A stretch of DNA of 60,175 bases from a virus (Duplodnaviria; Caudoviricetes), in IMG/VR virus record IMGVR_UViG_3300030433_002650, positions 1 to 60,175 of that record. One strand, 5' to 3'. Position 1 is the first letter of the stretch; each line of letters begins with the position of its first letter. The notes beneath the pieces were generated by a model that was given only the letters and a program-made list of their open reading frames with translations, did no database searches and had not been told where the DNA came from. Positions 47,541 through 56,181 of the stretch are shown piece by piece. A program made the position numbers and the translations under genes.

Positions 47541-49423
47541 CCCATGTGCCCCCGCTTTGAAGTCAAATATCCAGCAGGGTCAAGTCCAAACCGCTTTGCA
47601 TCTGTTTCCAAATTTTCGGTTGGACCTTCGGGGTCTTCTTCGTCCTTTGCACGAACAGCCGCAGGGTGACTTGGGACATGGCCGTTTTCCATTGCTGAAC
47701 GTGTACCTTGCATTGACTTATGCATACGTTCAGCACGTTCTTGTGCTGCAATCAAACGACGAAGAAGGTTGAGTTTGTGATACATTAGGCTACCACGTCT
47801 TGCTTTGAGTAAGTCGCTTTCTGTACGTTCCTCACTCATCATCATTGGAGTTGATGCTTGAGGTAGTGGTGAAATACTTGATGGTGCTTGCATTGGTGGA
47901 CTTGGTACACCCATTGGTGGTGCGGGGGCTATAACAGGATTACGGGGTCGTCGTAGTCGTGGACGACGCACACCAATTTGTCGCAACGAAGGTTGTCGCA
48001 TTTGCCCTGATTGTCCGGGCATCAAACCACCAAGACGACCTGCACCTGTTGGACCTGCTGTTACGGAGCGTTCACCGTATCGAGCGTGCGGTGAGAATGT
48101 TGAGCGTACATTACCAAGTATTTTACGAGCCTCGGATTGACCCATGTATTGTCGATACTTCTGTGGGTCTTTGGACATTGGTTGCTTTGTTGCAATACCA
48201 CGGTGACTCATCTCAACAGACAAGTGTGGCTTCATCAGACCTGTTTTCTTACCACCCTTGATACCTCGCATACGTGCTCGGAATCGACGCATAGTTGCAC
48301 CGACAGGATTCATACCACCGGGTGGTCGCTTGAATTGACCTGTAGATGGACGGAACTGTTGTCGCTTTTCACGACGACGACGTGATTCAATACTCTTAGG
48401 TGTATCACGCTTGAGAATGTCAGATACCAAAACAAAGTCACTGGACTTTTGTTCAAGACGAGGGTCAGGAATAAGATTCATATTTGAATCATAAACCATG
48501 TTTGGAATTGGCGATGGAGTTAAGCCTGAATAATCAACTGCGTTATCTCGCATCATGAACTTTTGAGGTATCATTGTTGTAGAAAGACGCTGTAAATTGT
48601 GCAGTTGTGCGGGACTTAAATCAAAACCTGCACGTTGAGCAATTGAGCCACGTCGTCCACCACCAAAGTTTCCTCCACCCAGTCGTTCAATATTTCTTCT
48701 TTCTATGGCAGGGTAAGGTAATTCTTGCTGTTGTGAAGGAGAAAGTTGAGTACGAGCCACCAAGTAATCGTAATAGTCAGGGTCACTGTACATTAGTCTT
48801 TTATCAATACCTGCGTCCAATCTTTTTTGACCCATTGCGAATTGTTTTCTACGACGTTCTGCCGGTTCTCCGGCCGCACGTCGTGTGCCAACCATTCCAT
48901 GTGCTTGACCTTCCGCTATGTTTTTTTGACTTGGTGATTCACTTGTTCTAAATCGAGGGTTAAACACAACACCTCTTTGGTCACCAAGTACAGCCTTGAG
49001 TAGCGAACTCCAAGCACCATCCATCGGCTCACTCATTGCAATCGGCAACGGTCCAGTCATTGCTGAACCTGTACCTGTCTTTGCGCCTGTTGCAAGGTCG
49101 AGAAGATTACCACGACTACCCGCCGGACCACCTTGTAGGCTAATCTCACGCTCGTCATCTTGCTTATTGCTGTCGTCTTCAGGAACAGGTGACTCTTCAC
49201 CCTTCAATCCCTGTGATGAGCGAATCTTGATGTGCTTGATTTTATCACGACGTTGCTTGCGTTCTTCGGCTCGCAACTTGCGGTTTTCTTCTTTCTTCTC
49301 CTTTTCTTCAGGAGTATTACCACTGTATTTTGTGCCGTCCTCATTGGCCGACGAGTACATCGTTTCCGATTCACTACGTGGTGCATACATTCGGGTGTCA
49401 GAACCTCTTCCCATCATTGGCAT
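47537..49423 (-). CDS. R/P/M-rich multi-segment protein (putative internal head polyprotein)
   Basis: Segments separated by SEPMDGAWSSLLK-A, SDILK-R and SDLLK-A; very basic segments. Confidence 0.6.
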   Translation of the reverse strand: MPMMGRGSDTRMYAPRSESETMYSSANEDGTKYSGNTPEEKEKKEENRKLRAEERKQRRDKIKHIKIRSSQGLKGEESPVPEDDSNKQDDEREISLQGGPAGSRGNLLDLATGAKTGTGSAMTGPLPIAMSEPMDGAWSSLLKAVLGDQRGVVFNPRFRTSESPSQKNIAEGQAHGMVGTRRAAGEPAERRRKQFAMGQKRLDAGIDKRLMYSDPDYYDYLVARTQLSPSQQQELPYPAIERRNIERLGGGNFGGGRRGSIAQRAGFDLSPAQLHNLQRLSTTMIPQKFMMRDNAVDYSGLTPSPIPNMVYDSNMNLIPDPRLEQKSSDFVLVSDILKRDTPKSIESRRRREKRQQFRPSTGQFKRPPGGMNPVGATMRRFRARMRGIKGGKKTGLMKPHLSVEMSHRGIATKQPMSKDPQKYRQYMGQSEARKILGNVRSTFSPHARYGERSVTAGPTGAGRLGGLMPGQSGQMRQPSLRQIGVRRPRLRRPRNPVIAPAPPMGVPSPPMQAPSSISPLPQASTPMMMSEERTESDLLKARRGSLMYHKLNLLRRLIAAQERAERMHKSMQGTRSAMENGHVPSHPAAVRAKDEEDPEGPTENLETDAKRFGLDPAGYLTSKRGHMG

Positions 49424-50103
49424 TATTCAACCCCCATGTTTTCTTGCAATTGTGCTTTGATTCTTGCCCACGTTTCAGGACTTTCTTTGTTCAGTTCAAC
49501 CTGCAAAATGTTGAATGTTTGATTGACTTGCTGTGTTTCACCTTGTGGACCCCATTGGTCTTGGAAGCGCATCAAGTCTTTGACGGTTTCTCTTACTTCC
49601 TTGTGCAAAGAAACTGCATCACGAACAAATCCATCTTCGTGCACAGTGCCTTCGTTCAACAGTTCTGTTAGTTTTAGATTCAAATGTTCGGCATTACTAC
49701 GTAGTAGATTCAATTCATTGCCGACAGCAAATGACGCTATCTCAAGAGCCGCAGTTTTTTGCACCAATGGTTGGAAGTGATGCTTCATGTGTTGGTAGAC
49801 CAAGTTTTCACTGATTCCCAATTCTTGAGCAATAACTTCACTTTGTGAACCGTCAGCAAAATAGATGCTTTCGTAATCGGCTCGATGAGGCGATGTGCAT
49901 ACAGGACAAGATGCATTTGCGGCTATGTGATATTCACCCATGTGGTTGCGATAATGACGGTCGGATGTGTTCGACCTCCACCCTTTATCCTTGTCCAATT
50001 GCTTTGGTGAAATGTAGCCTTGAAGCAGTTGTTCTTCCAACTCTTCACGGTCTTCGTCCATGCAAAAAGCGCATGAACGTTTAACGACACGCTCATCCGC
50101 CAT
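49423..50103 (-). CDS. Tandem CxxC...HxxxH Zn-finger/HTH protein with coiled coil; candidate terminase small subunit
   Basis: Two repeats, CAFC...HYRNH and CPVC...IAQELGISENLVYQHMKHH, followed by helical oligomerisation-like segments. Heads the operon that contains terL. Confidence 0.55.
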   Translation of the reverse strand: MADERVVKRSCAFCMDEDREELEEQLLQGYISPKQLDKDKGWRSNTSDRHYRNHMGEYHIAANASCPVCTSPHRADYESIYFADGSQSEVIAQELGISENLVYQHMKHHFQPLVQKTAALEIASFAVGNELNLLRSNAEHLNLKLTELLNEGTVHEDGFVRDAVSLHKEVRETVKDLMRFQDQWGPQGETQQVNQTFNILQVELNKESPETWARIKAQLQENMGVE

Positions 50104-50163
50104 GACTGTCTTAAGGCATACCCTTTGAAAACAATTATGGTGATTGTATCTTTGGAGAGGACT

Positions 50164-50472
50164 ATGTGGAAGAACAAACGAATCGCTGGAGTTCCAATCT
50201 CAACCGACTCGTTTAGAAGCATCAAGCAAGCCATGAAAGACATATCAAGGAAGGACTATGCTGATGATGATACAATACTGCATCGACTTCGCATATGCCG
50301 TCCTTGTCCACACTTTGGTACACGATGCACAGCCTGTGGTTGCCATCTGAAGACAAAATTGAAATTAAAAAATTCAACATGTCCTTTGCGTAAGTGGTCA
50401 CTATCGAGTGATTCTCGAATAGATTCCAGTGACCATCAAGACACTACCGAAGAGAGCAACAAGGAAGTATGA
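50164..50472 (+). CDS. Small Cys-rich protein (RLRICRPCP...CTACGC...KLKLKNSTCPLRKW)
   Basis: Motif common in phages (recalled as DUF6171-like, unverified); GGAGAGG SD before the ATG at 50164. Confidence 0.65.
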   Translation: MWKNKRIAGVPISTDSFRSIKQAMKDISRKDYADDDTILHRLRICRPCPHFGTRCTACGCHLKTKLKLKNSTCPLRKWSLSSDSRIDSSDHQDTTEESNKEV

Positions 50473-50643
50473 TAACGTTGTTGATGACAATTCATTGCCC
50501 TTAAACAGCATAATGGCAATCATTGTGATAATGATTGAAATAAATTGTACCATAATCATGTCAATAATGACACTACGTGGTGGGTTCATGACATTCAATG
50601 AAGAAGTTGAAAATCCGTATGGTAAGTAATTCTTATCTTGCAT
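50401..50643 (-). CDS. Small two-TM membrane protein (holin-like size)
   Basis: Two hydrophobic helices, VIIDMIMVQFISIIITMIAIMLF and LSYFLVALFGSVLMVTGIY. Confidence 0.65.
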   Translation of the reverse strand: MQDKNYLPYGFSTSSLNVMNPPRSVIIDMIMVQFISIIITMIAIMLFKGNELSSTTLSYFLVALFGSVLMVTGIYSRITR

Positions 50644-50647
50644 GGTA

Positions 50648-51274
50648 TCATCGTCCTGTAAAGAGTGTGCGAGCAAATGAACCTACGCCACCACCTACTT
50701 TTTGCATCATGCCTTCATTTTGTAGTGCCGCACTTAACGCACCACCCATCATAGATTGCTGTGCCATTTGATTCAATTGCATTTGCTGTTGTTCAGCCAT
50801 TTGCACATTTTGATTTGCCGCACTTTGGAGTGCCGTAAACTTCGATGCAATGTTATCTGAACTCATGGTTTGCAAATGAGAAGGCAGTGAGGTTATATCC
50901 ATTTTGAGATTACCATCATCATCCGCAACAAAGGTTGCGTTCTTGAATACTTCAAGAACACTGAACGTTACAAGGTCGTTAAACATCTGTACCATTGTTG
51001 CCATAGATTCACTTGCTACGAATCGGTCTACGGGTACGATACCACGCAACAGCATAATTTGAATTTCAATTTCTGATGGAGGCATAACTGGTTGATTCAT
51101 GTATTGTGCATTATCACCAAGCATACCTGTCATAAATGCACCTTGTGCGCCCATTTGCATTTGCTGATTTGCAAATGGATTCTGTGTTTGCATTGCGGGT
51201 TGAGCACTGTTCACACCAAGATTAAGTGCACCGTTGGCATTGGTGTTTTGATTAAGATTCAACATCAGACTCAC
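50648..51274 (-). CDS. Q/M/N-rich hypothetical protein with C-terminal amphipathic helix
   Basis: Coupled in the GTPase operon; ends VGGGVGSFARTLFTGR. Confidence 0.65.
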   Translation of the reverse strand: MSLMLNLNQNTNANGALNLGVNSAQPAMQTQNPFANQQMQMGAQGAFMTGMLGDNAQYMNQPVMPPSEIEIQIMLLRGIVPVDRFVASESMATMVQMFNDLVTFSVLEVFKNATFVADDDGNLKMDITSLPSHLQTMSSDNIASKFTALQSAANQNVQMAEQQQMQLNQMAQQSMMGGALSAALQNEGMMQKVGGGVGSFARTLFTGR

Positions 51275-52206
51275 TCTCCCCCAAGTTGTACCTCTTCAAG
51301 AGTGTTTTGTTGCATCTGTTGGTTGAGAATTGTTTGAAAAGCAGGGGTCGGTTGATTCATCATTTCCAATTCTGCCTTGAAAATTCTCAAATCAAACGTC
51401 ACTGTAGTGATGTCGTTTTCTTTTGTAATTGGATTTTCATAATACTGGATGTTGATACCACTGAATCTTTTGCTGTCTTTGTCCAATTCAGCAAAAAATG
51501 GTTCATACTTTTCCAACATAGCGGGTTGCGGGTCTTTTTTCTTCATGGTCGCAACAGGGACAGTCACCATTGACACACCCTTTTTTACACGGTCACGTAG
51601 ACGACGTGGGTTTGCTTCACGCAACTTGTCTTCCTCGGATTCCCATTTGTTGAGAAGATGATACAAATGCAAATGTTCAGGACAGTACGTACCTTTCATT
51701 TTACGCCCATTCATGACTTTTTCTTTTGCCACAAATGCTTCGGCCTCCCCTGTAACTGGGTTTTGCCAGTACAGTTGCCACAACGAATATCCCGTATCTT
51801 CATCGGTAATCTTTGCATACAAATTGTCATGCTGAATCAACTTTGCACAGTCGCACCCATCGACAACACACATACTGGCTTGACGGTCGTATCGGTACTT
51901 TTGCCCAAATAAGAACCGCATTGGATTAAACCATGCACGCTTTGCTGGTGAAAGTAGTTTACGTGCTTGACGAATATCTTTGCGTCGTGCTTTGTGTGGG
52001 TCAGGATGACGTGAAGGATAAAAATTGACTTTTGGAACTTCAAGATTTTGTTCCGATGCAATTTGTTGCATAGCCGATTGTGCAGTGGCTTGCTCCATGA
52101 GTGTAGCATAACTCAACGATTCATTACCCTGTTGGCTAAGTGCGTACAAGTGTGCTTCGTTTGACATACCCAGCCCCGCTTGTTGAGGAGTTTGATACAT
52201 TCTCAT
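51271..52206 (-). CDS. Hypothetical protein with CxxxxC...YCPEH Zn-binding motif
   Basis: CVVDGCDC and GTYCPEH; ATGA-coupled. Confidence 0.65.
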   Translation of the reverse strand: MRMYQTPQQAGLGMSNEAHLYALSQQGNESLSYATLMEQATAQSAMQQIASEQNLEVPKVNFYPSRHPDPHKARRKDIRQARKLLSPAKRAWFNPMRFLFGQKYRYDRQASMCVVDGCDCAKLIQHDNLYAKITDEDTGYSLWQLYWQNPVTGEAEAFVAKEKVMNGRKMKGTYCPEHLHLYHLLNKWESEEDKLREANPRRLRDRVKKGVSMVTVPVATMKKKDPQPAMLEKYEPFFAELDKDSKRFSGINIQYYENPITKENDITTVTFDLRIFKAELEMMNQPTPAFQTILNQQMQQNTLEEVQLGGE

Positions 52207-52367
52207 TCTTCCACCTTCTTGATTTCAATTGTACTATTATGTACATCAACATCCCATTCAATCTTGTCACCCTTTGAAAGTTTCAAGACTTTTACAATCC
52301 ACAACGGAATAACCGTACGTAGACTTTGTGTTTTGTTTCCTACAGACGTAATGTTTGTTTTTGTCAT
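52203..52367 (-). CDS. AbrB/MazE/SpoVT-family DNA-binding protein
   Basis: SLRTVIPLWIVKVLKLSKGDKIEW is a swapped-hairpin signature; AGGTGA SD before the ATG at 52367. Confidence 0.85.
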   Translation of the reverse strand: MTKTNITSVGNKTQSLRTVIPLWIVKVLKLSKGDKIEWDVDVHNSTIEIKKVEE

Positions 52368-52375
52368 GCTCTCAC

Positions 52376-53092
52376 CTATGCTGTCAATAAATCGACCATT
52401 GTATTTTCTACGTTCCACCCTATTCTTGTAGCCATAAATGACCTTCGTGTAGGTATACCTCCACGTTGTAATCGTATTAAATCATCCCGAAACGGGTCGA
52501 ATATCTTGTGCTCACCAATACGGTCTTGTTGCCACAACAATGCGGCAGTGTCATCAAAGAAGCGGTCAGCCTTGTTTGCAACCAACATAATCAATTTGGG
52601 CATGTATTTCTTGCCTTTGCGTCGTGCTTTCCAATTGCGATAACGATATTGTCTGTTAAGAATTGCATCGACAAGAAATTTGAAACCTGCAATTTGTTGC
52701 AACGCATCGTTACCACCTTTGAAGGCTCGGTCATCAAACATGTAAACTACTGCTTCAACTTGTCGATTGACCATATCATCAATCCAAAGATTCCAAAAAC
52801 GTTCTTGTCCACCTACGTCAGAAGAAAACACAACACGCTTTTGACCTTTCCAACTAACACGCTTACGTGTTGGTTTTGGCATTTTGTACTTACCAAGCAT
52901 TTTACGATGCATGGTTCGTTCTTCTTCGGGTATGTCTTCCATCTCACCGGGTGTTGTCATAAAACGGTCAAGCGTTGTTTTACCAACCATACCCGCACCA
53001 TAGATTCCCACACGTCGTGGTCGCCATGAGTTGTATAGGGCTTGACCCCAAACCATGACACCGACCAATGCTGAACCTGCTGGGTCTACCAT
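52376..53092 (-). CDS. Small GTPase of the Ras-like superfamily (Arf/Sar-like motifs)
   Basis: G1 GAGMVGKTT, G2 candidate ERT, G3 DVGGQERF, VVYMFD strand, G4 NKAD, G5-like MAT..G.NV, and an N-terminal hydrophobic/amphipathic helix. Confidence 0.85.
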   Translation of the reverse strand: MVDPAGSALVGVMVWGQALYNSWRPRRVGIYGAGMVGKTTLDRFMTTPGEMEDIPEEERTMHRKMLGKYKMPKPTRKRVSWKGQKRVVFSSDVGGQERFWNLWIDDMVNRQVEAVVYMFDDRAFKGGNDALQQIAGFKFLVDAILNRQYRYRNWKARRKGKKYMPKLIMLVANKADRFFDDTAALLWQQDRIGEHKIFDPFRDDLIRLQRGGIPTRRSFMATRIGWNVENTMVDLLTA

Positions 53093-53346
53093 TAAAACAA
53101 CCCCAATATCCAGTTGCCGAGGTCTTCGACTTTACCCACAAACCACTCTACGGTATTGTCCCATACCGATGCATCTGTTTGTTTTTCCCACAGGCTTGTT
53201 GCTAAAACAGCAATCAACGTAAACAGTATGGTACGAAGCCATCCCCATCCTTTTTCGTAATAATTGTCAAGTGTGTTTTGCGTATGCATGGCACGAAGTG
53301 TTGCTTCGGTGCTGTCATCACTTGGCGTTTTGAATATGCGACCCAT
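53092..53346 (-). CDS. Small membrane protein
   Basis: TM helix WLRTILFTLIAVLATSLW plus amphipathic C-terminus WFVGKVEDLGNWILGLF. Confidence 0.7.
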   Translation of the reverse strand: MGRIFKTPSDDSTEATLRAMHTQNTLDNYYEKGWGWLRTILFTLIAVLATSLWEKQTDASVWDNTVEWFVGKVEDLGNWILGLF

Positions 53347-53357
53347 GCGGGTTCACC

Positions 53358-53894
53358 TCACTCTTTCTTTTCTTCCTCTTTGATACCCAAGTTAATTGGT
53401 TTATCGACAATAGCCTCATGCTTTGGAGGATATTTGTTGAGTTGATTTTCGTCGTACTGGCTTACCAATGAAGGAGAACCGCCTTGTACACCCCATGATG
53501 GAGGCATCTTACCGGGGTTTTCTTCCATCCAGCGTATTTCAGCCTCAAGTTGTGCTTCTTGCATACGCAACTCCATGTCAGCACGACGGTTATCGAAGTT
53601 GGTTTGCAATGAACGATAACGAGATTGTCGCTGTCGCTCAGCCTGTTGAATACGCACACGCTCTTGCATGTTTTGTTCAAAGAACATCTTGAAGAAATAG
53701 TACGCAATTCCTTGTACAAAGAATGCTGCCATTGCGTAGGTAAAACCGTTTACCATTGGGTCGTCGTGGTTCAGCCAAATGTCCTTGTCAAAGATACCAA
53801 TTGCCAATCCAACCAGTGCGGATTGTGACAAGATGAGTCCCATTAGTCGTATTTCAGCGTCCGAATTTTCATTACCGCCCTGCATCGTTCTCAC
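53358..53894 (-). CDS. Two-TM membrane protein with coiled coil
   Basis: LMGLILSQSALVGLAIGIF and FTYAMAAFFVQGIAYYFF, then a Q/E/R coiled coil. Confidence 0.7.
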   Translation of the reverse strand: MRTMQGGNENSDAEIRLMGLILSQSALVGLAIGIFDKDIWLNHDDPMVNGFTYAMAAFFVQGIAYYFFKMFFEQNMQERVRIQQAERQRQSRYRSLQTNFDNRRADMELRMQEAQLEAEIRWMEENPGKMPPSWGVQGGSPSLVSQYDENQLNKYPPKHEAIVDKPINLGIKEEEKKE

Positions 53895-53916
53895 TGTTGG
53901 TCAAAATAATGGGCAA

Positions 53917-53929
53917 CATAAACGTTTCG
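53917..53929 (-). promoter_or_regulatory. Candidate BRE-TATA element (CGAAACG TTTATG) for the GTPase operon
   Basis: Intergenic, ~23-32 nt upstream of the start codons at 53894/53885. Confidence 0.35.
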
Positions 53930-54044
53930 CTATGGTCACTTTACCGCTTTATTCACTTTATTCACAGGTATAGTCATTAAATTGACCAATACAATAGTCA
54001 TTTATTCATAGGTACTACAATTATATTATAATTAAGAGTAGTAC

Positions 54045-54200
54045 TCATTTGAATGACCATAACTTTGACCAACGTGACCAAAGTGACTTTTTTGACTTAG
54101 ACTCTCCAGTTACAAATTCAAGCCCAGTCTTCGCTTCTATAGAATCAATACGCTTTGATTCGTCGTCAAACCATTCGTCAAGCATCTTACATCGTGTCAT
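54045..54200 (-). CDS. 51-aa microprotein with C-terminal W/K amphipathic helix (…KSKKSLWSRWSKLWSFK)
   Basis: Hand-translated; the ATG lies 1 nt after the upstream stop; not in the ORF track. Confidence 0.55.
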   Translation of the reverse strand: MTRCKMLDEWFDDESKRIDSIEAKTGLEFVTGESKSKKSLWSRWSKLWSFK

Positions 54201-54201
54201 A

Positions 54202-56181
54202 TTACTCACTGGGTCGTAGTGTCCCTTTGTCCTTAAAATGTCTTGCTCGATTGTCGTGTTCGGATTCCAGTGTCAGTTTTCCGCCTTCTGTATGCGACAC
54301 GTCCATGTGGTCACCACTGCCGTAGATACCACGTCGCCGTCGCTCACGATTCAACTCCTCTCGATACTTGACTCGTTCAGGACTGGACTCGTACTTTTTG
54401 TCGTACTCCAACTTGTGACGCTTGGCTTCAGGTGACAAGTCTTTGAGCAATGCATTCATTACCAAATCCATTGGTTCGCTTTTGTTTGAAAATTGAAAAC
54501 CTGCTGGAAATTGTATATCTGTTGAGGGTTCAGTTTTATTTTCATCTTTATGAAATTCACTCAATTTATTCATTCTATCAAAATAATCATCACGATTTTG
54601 TGCTTCGTTTAAGTATCTATGGTCTTTTATTGAAAAAAATGGTATAATTGGATTATTTTCATAATACTCTTTGAACCATTCGTTATGCTGTTCTCCTTTC
54701 AATAAAGCATCTATTGCCAAATCCATTGGTTCACTGGCAACGATTCTTGCGCCGCCCATGCGGTCAAGAAGAAAATCAGATGTTTTAGGAAGATAACCTG
54801 TTACTGGGTCACGTTGGCTTTCAAGAGTTGTTGCTGGTAATCGTGACAACATATCGTAAACTGGTTTGTAATCATAATACTTGTATGCGTCACCTGTAAG
54901 TGGATTACCTGTTAAGATTCTTCTTGCTGATGATACCAATTCTCTTCGAGGAGCGATAGCGGCTGTTCCCAATCCGCCGTCTAAACGTACAAATGCGTCT
55001 TTATCAAAACCAAATGGTTGATACCCTTCGGGCTGTGTTCTTCCGTGTGCCATACCTGCCATCCATTCAGGTTTGTCAAGTATACCAAGTGTTACAGTAT
55101 CACCGATTCCCCAGTTAAAATCAGGATAACCCATTCTTAATTCAGGTGTAATCGACTGTAAATCATTCGGCCAAACAAAAGTACCTTGTATTTCTTTACG
55201 AGGGTCGTCGGGTATTTCATAGTCGAGTGTAAAACCGGGTATGGTTGCACCACCTTCTCTTGCAATTTGTCGTTCAAATTCTAATGGGTCACCGGGTCTT
55301 TCACCACGAAGTGGCACTGGCATGTTAAATGCCGGCATACCACCACTTTCTAGACGATGAACGGGGATGTTTCGTATAACTGGAACATCTTTTGCTTGTA
55401 ATCCAAACTCTTGAAGCGTTGGAATTTCACTGTAAATACGACGTTGTGCGGCACTTTGGAACTTAAGCAAGGTGTCCATTGCCAAGTCCATTGGCTCGCC
55501 TGTGATAACGGGGATGAATGGTCCATGTACAGGATAGCCATTAATTTCAGATTGTTCATTTATCATGTTTATATGTTGATTAATCTCATCAGGATGCGTC
55601 AAAGCAAACGGATGTTCGTCAGCGTATTCCGAACCGGGTGCTGTGCCTTCTTGTGCTTGCTTGTAATAATCAGCAAAGGAAGGCACTTTTGGATGTTGCA
55701 TAAACTCTTGAACAGTCATTGGTTGGTTACCAAGACTTTGCATGAAGGCTTTGTGCTTGTCAAAGGCTTGCATAACGTGGTCTTTGTATGTGTCTTTGTA
55801 TGCGTTAAGTGCTCGTTGTGTTGTTGAGTCACGAGCCATTTGTTTTACACCTAATTTTGCTTCTTCTGTTCCTTCATCAAAATGAAATTCAGGAATTTCA
55901 AGTTCTATGTCGTCCATCATTTGTTGCTCTTGAGCACCTTGCAATTTAAAATGTGAATCAGGCATTTGCACTTTTGGATTTCTACGCATGATTGCTTCGC
56001 CTTGCTCCATTGCATCTTCAGGCATGTCTTGCTTTACATTTTCTCGAAATTTTTCAGGCGTTGTACCCATACCACGCAATGTGGCAATGGTAAGGGCATC
56101 AATGTCATCTATGGATAACGGATTTAAGCGAGTTTCTTCTTTTGCTTTACGATTCCAATTTGTAAACATTGTATCACTCAT
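54202..56181 (-). CDS. Segmented protein with three EPMDLAMDxLLK repeats and C-terminal HNH-like (His-Me) domain
   Basis: EPMDLAMDTLLK, EPMDLAIDALLK and EPMDLVMNALLK. The last segment contains GDHMDVSH...LTLESEHDNRARH. Confidence 0.65.
   Translation of the reverse strand: MSDTMFTNWNRKAKEETRLNPLSIDDIDALTIATLRGMGTTPEKFRENVKQDMPEDAMEQGEAIMRRNPKVQMPDSHFKLQGAQEQQMMDDIELEIPEFHFDEGTEEAKLGVKQMARDSTTQRALNAYKDTYKDHVMQAFDKHKAFMQSLGNQPMTVQEFMQHPKVPSFADYYKQAQEGTAPGSEYADEHPFALTHPDEINQHINMINEQSEINGYPVHGPFIPVITGEPMDLAMDTLLKFQSAAQRRIYSEIPTLQEFGLQAKDVPVIRNIPVHRLESGGMPAFNMPVPLRGERPGDPLEFERQIAREGGATIPGFTLDYEIPDDPRKEIQGTFVWPNDLQSITPELRMGYPDFNWGIGDTVTLGILDKPEWMAGMAHGRTQPEGYQPFGFDKDAFVRLDGGLGTAAIAPRRELVSSARRILTGNPLTGDAYKYYDYKPVYDMLSRLPATTLESQRDPVTGYLPKTSDFLLDRMGGARIVASEPMDLAIDALLKGEQHNEWFKEYYENNPIIPFFSIKDHRYLNEAQNRDDYFDRMNKLSEFHKDENKTEPSTDIQFPAGFQFSNKSEPMDLVMNALLKDLSPEAKRHKLEYDKKYESSPERVKYREELNRERRRRGIYGSGDHMDVSHTEGGKLTLESEHDNRARHFKDKGTLRPSE

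Noticed and set aside
54054-54096. TGAC recurring every 9 nt, resembling iterons
   Set aside because: Explained by TCA Ser codons in the KS/WS repeats of the minus-strand microprotein at 54045..54200.
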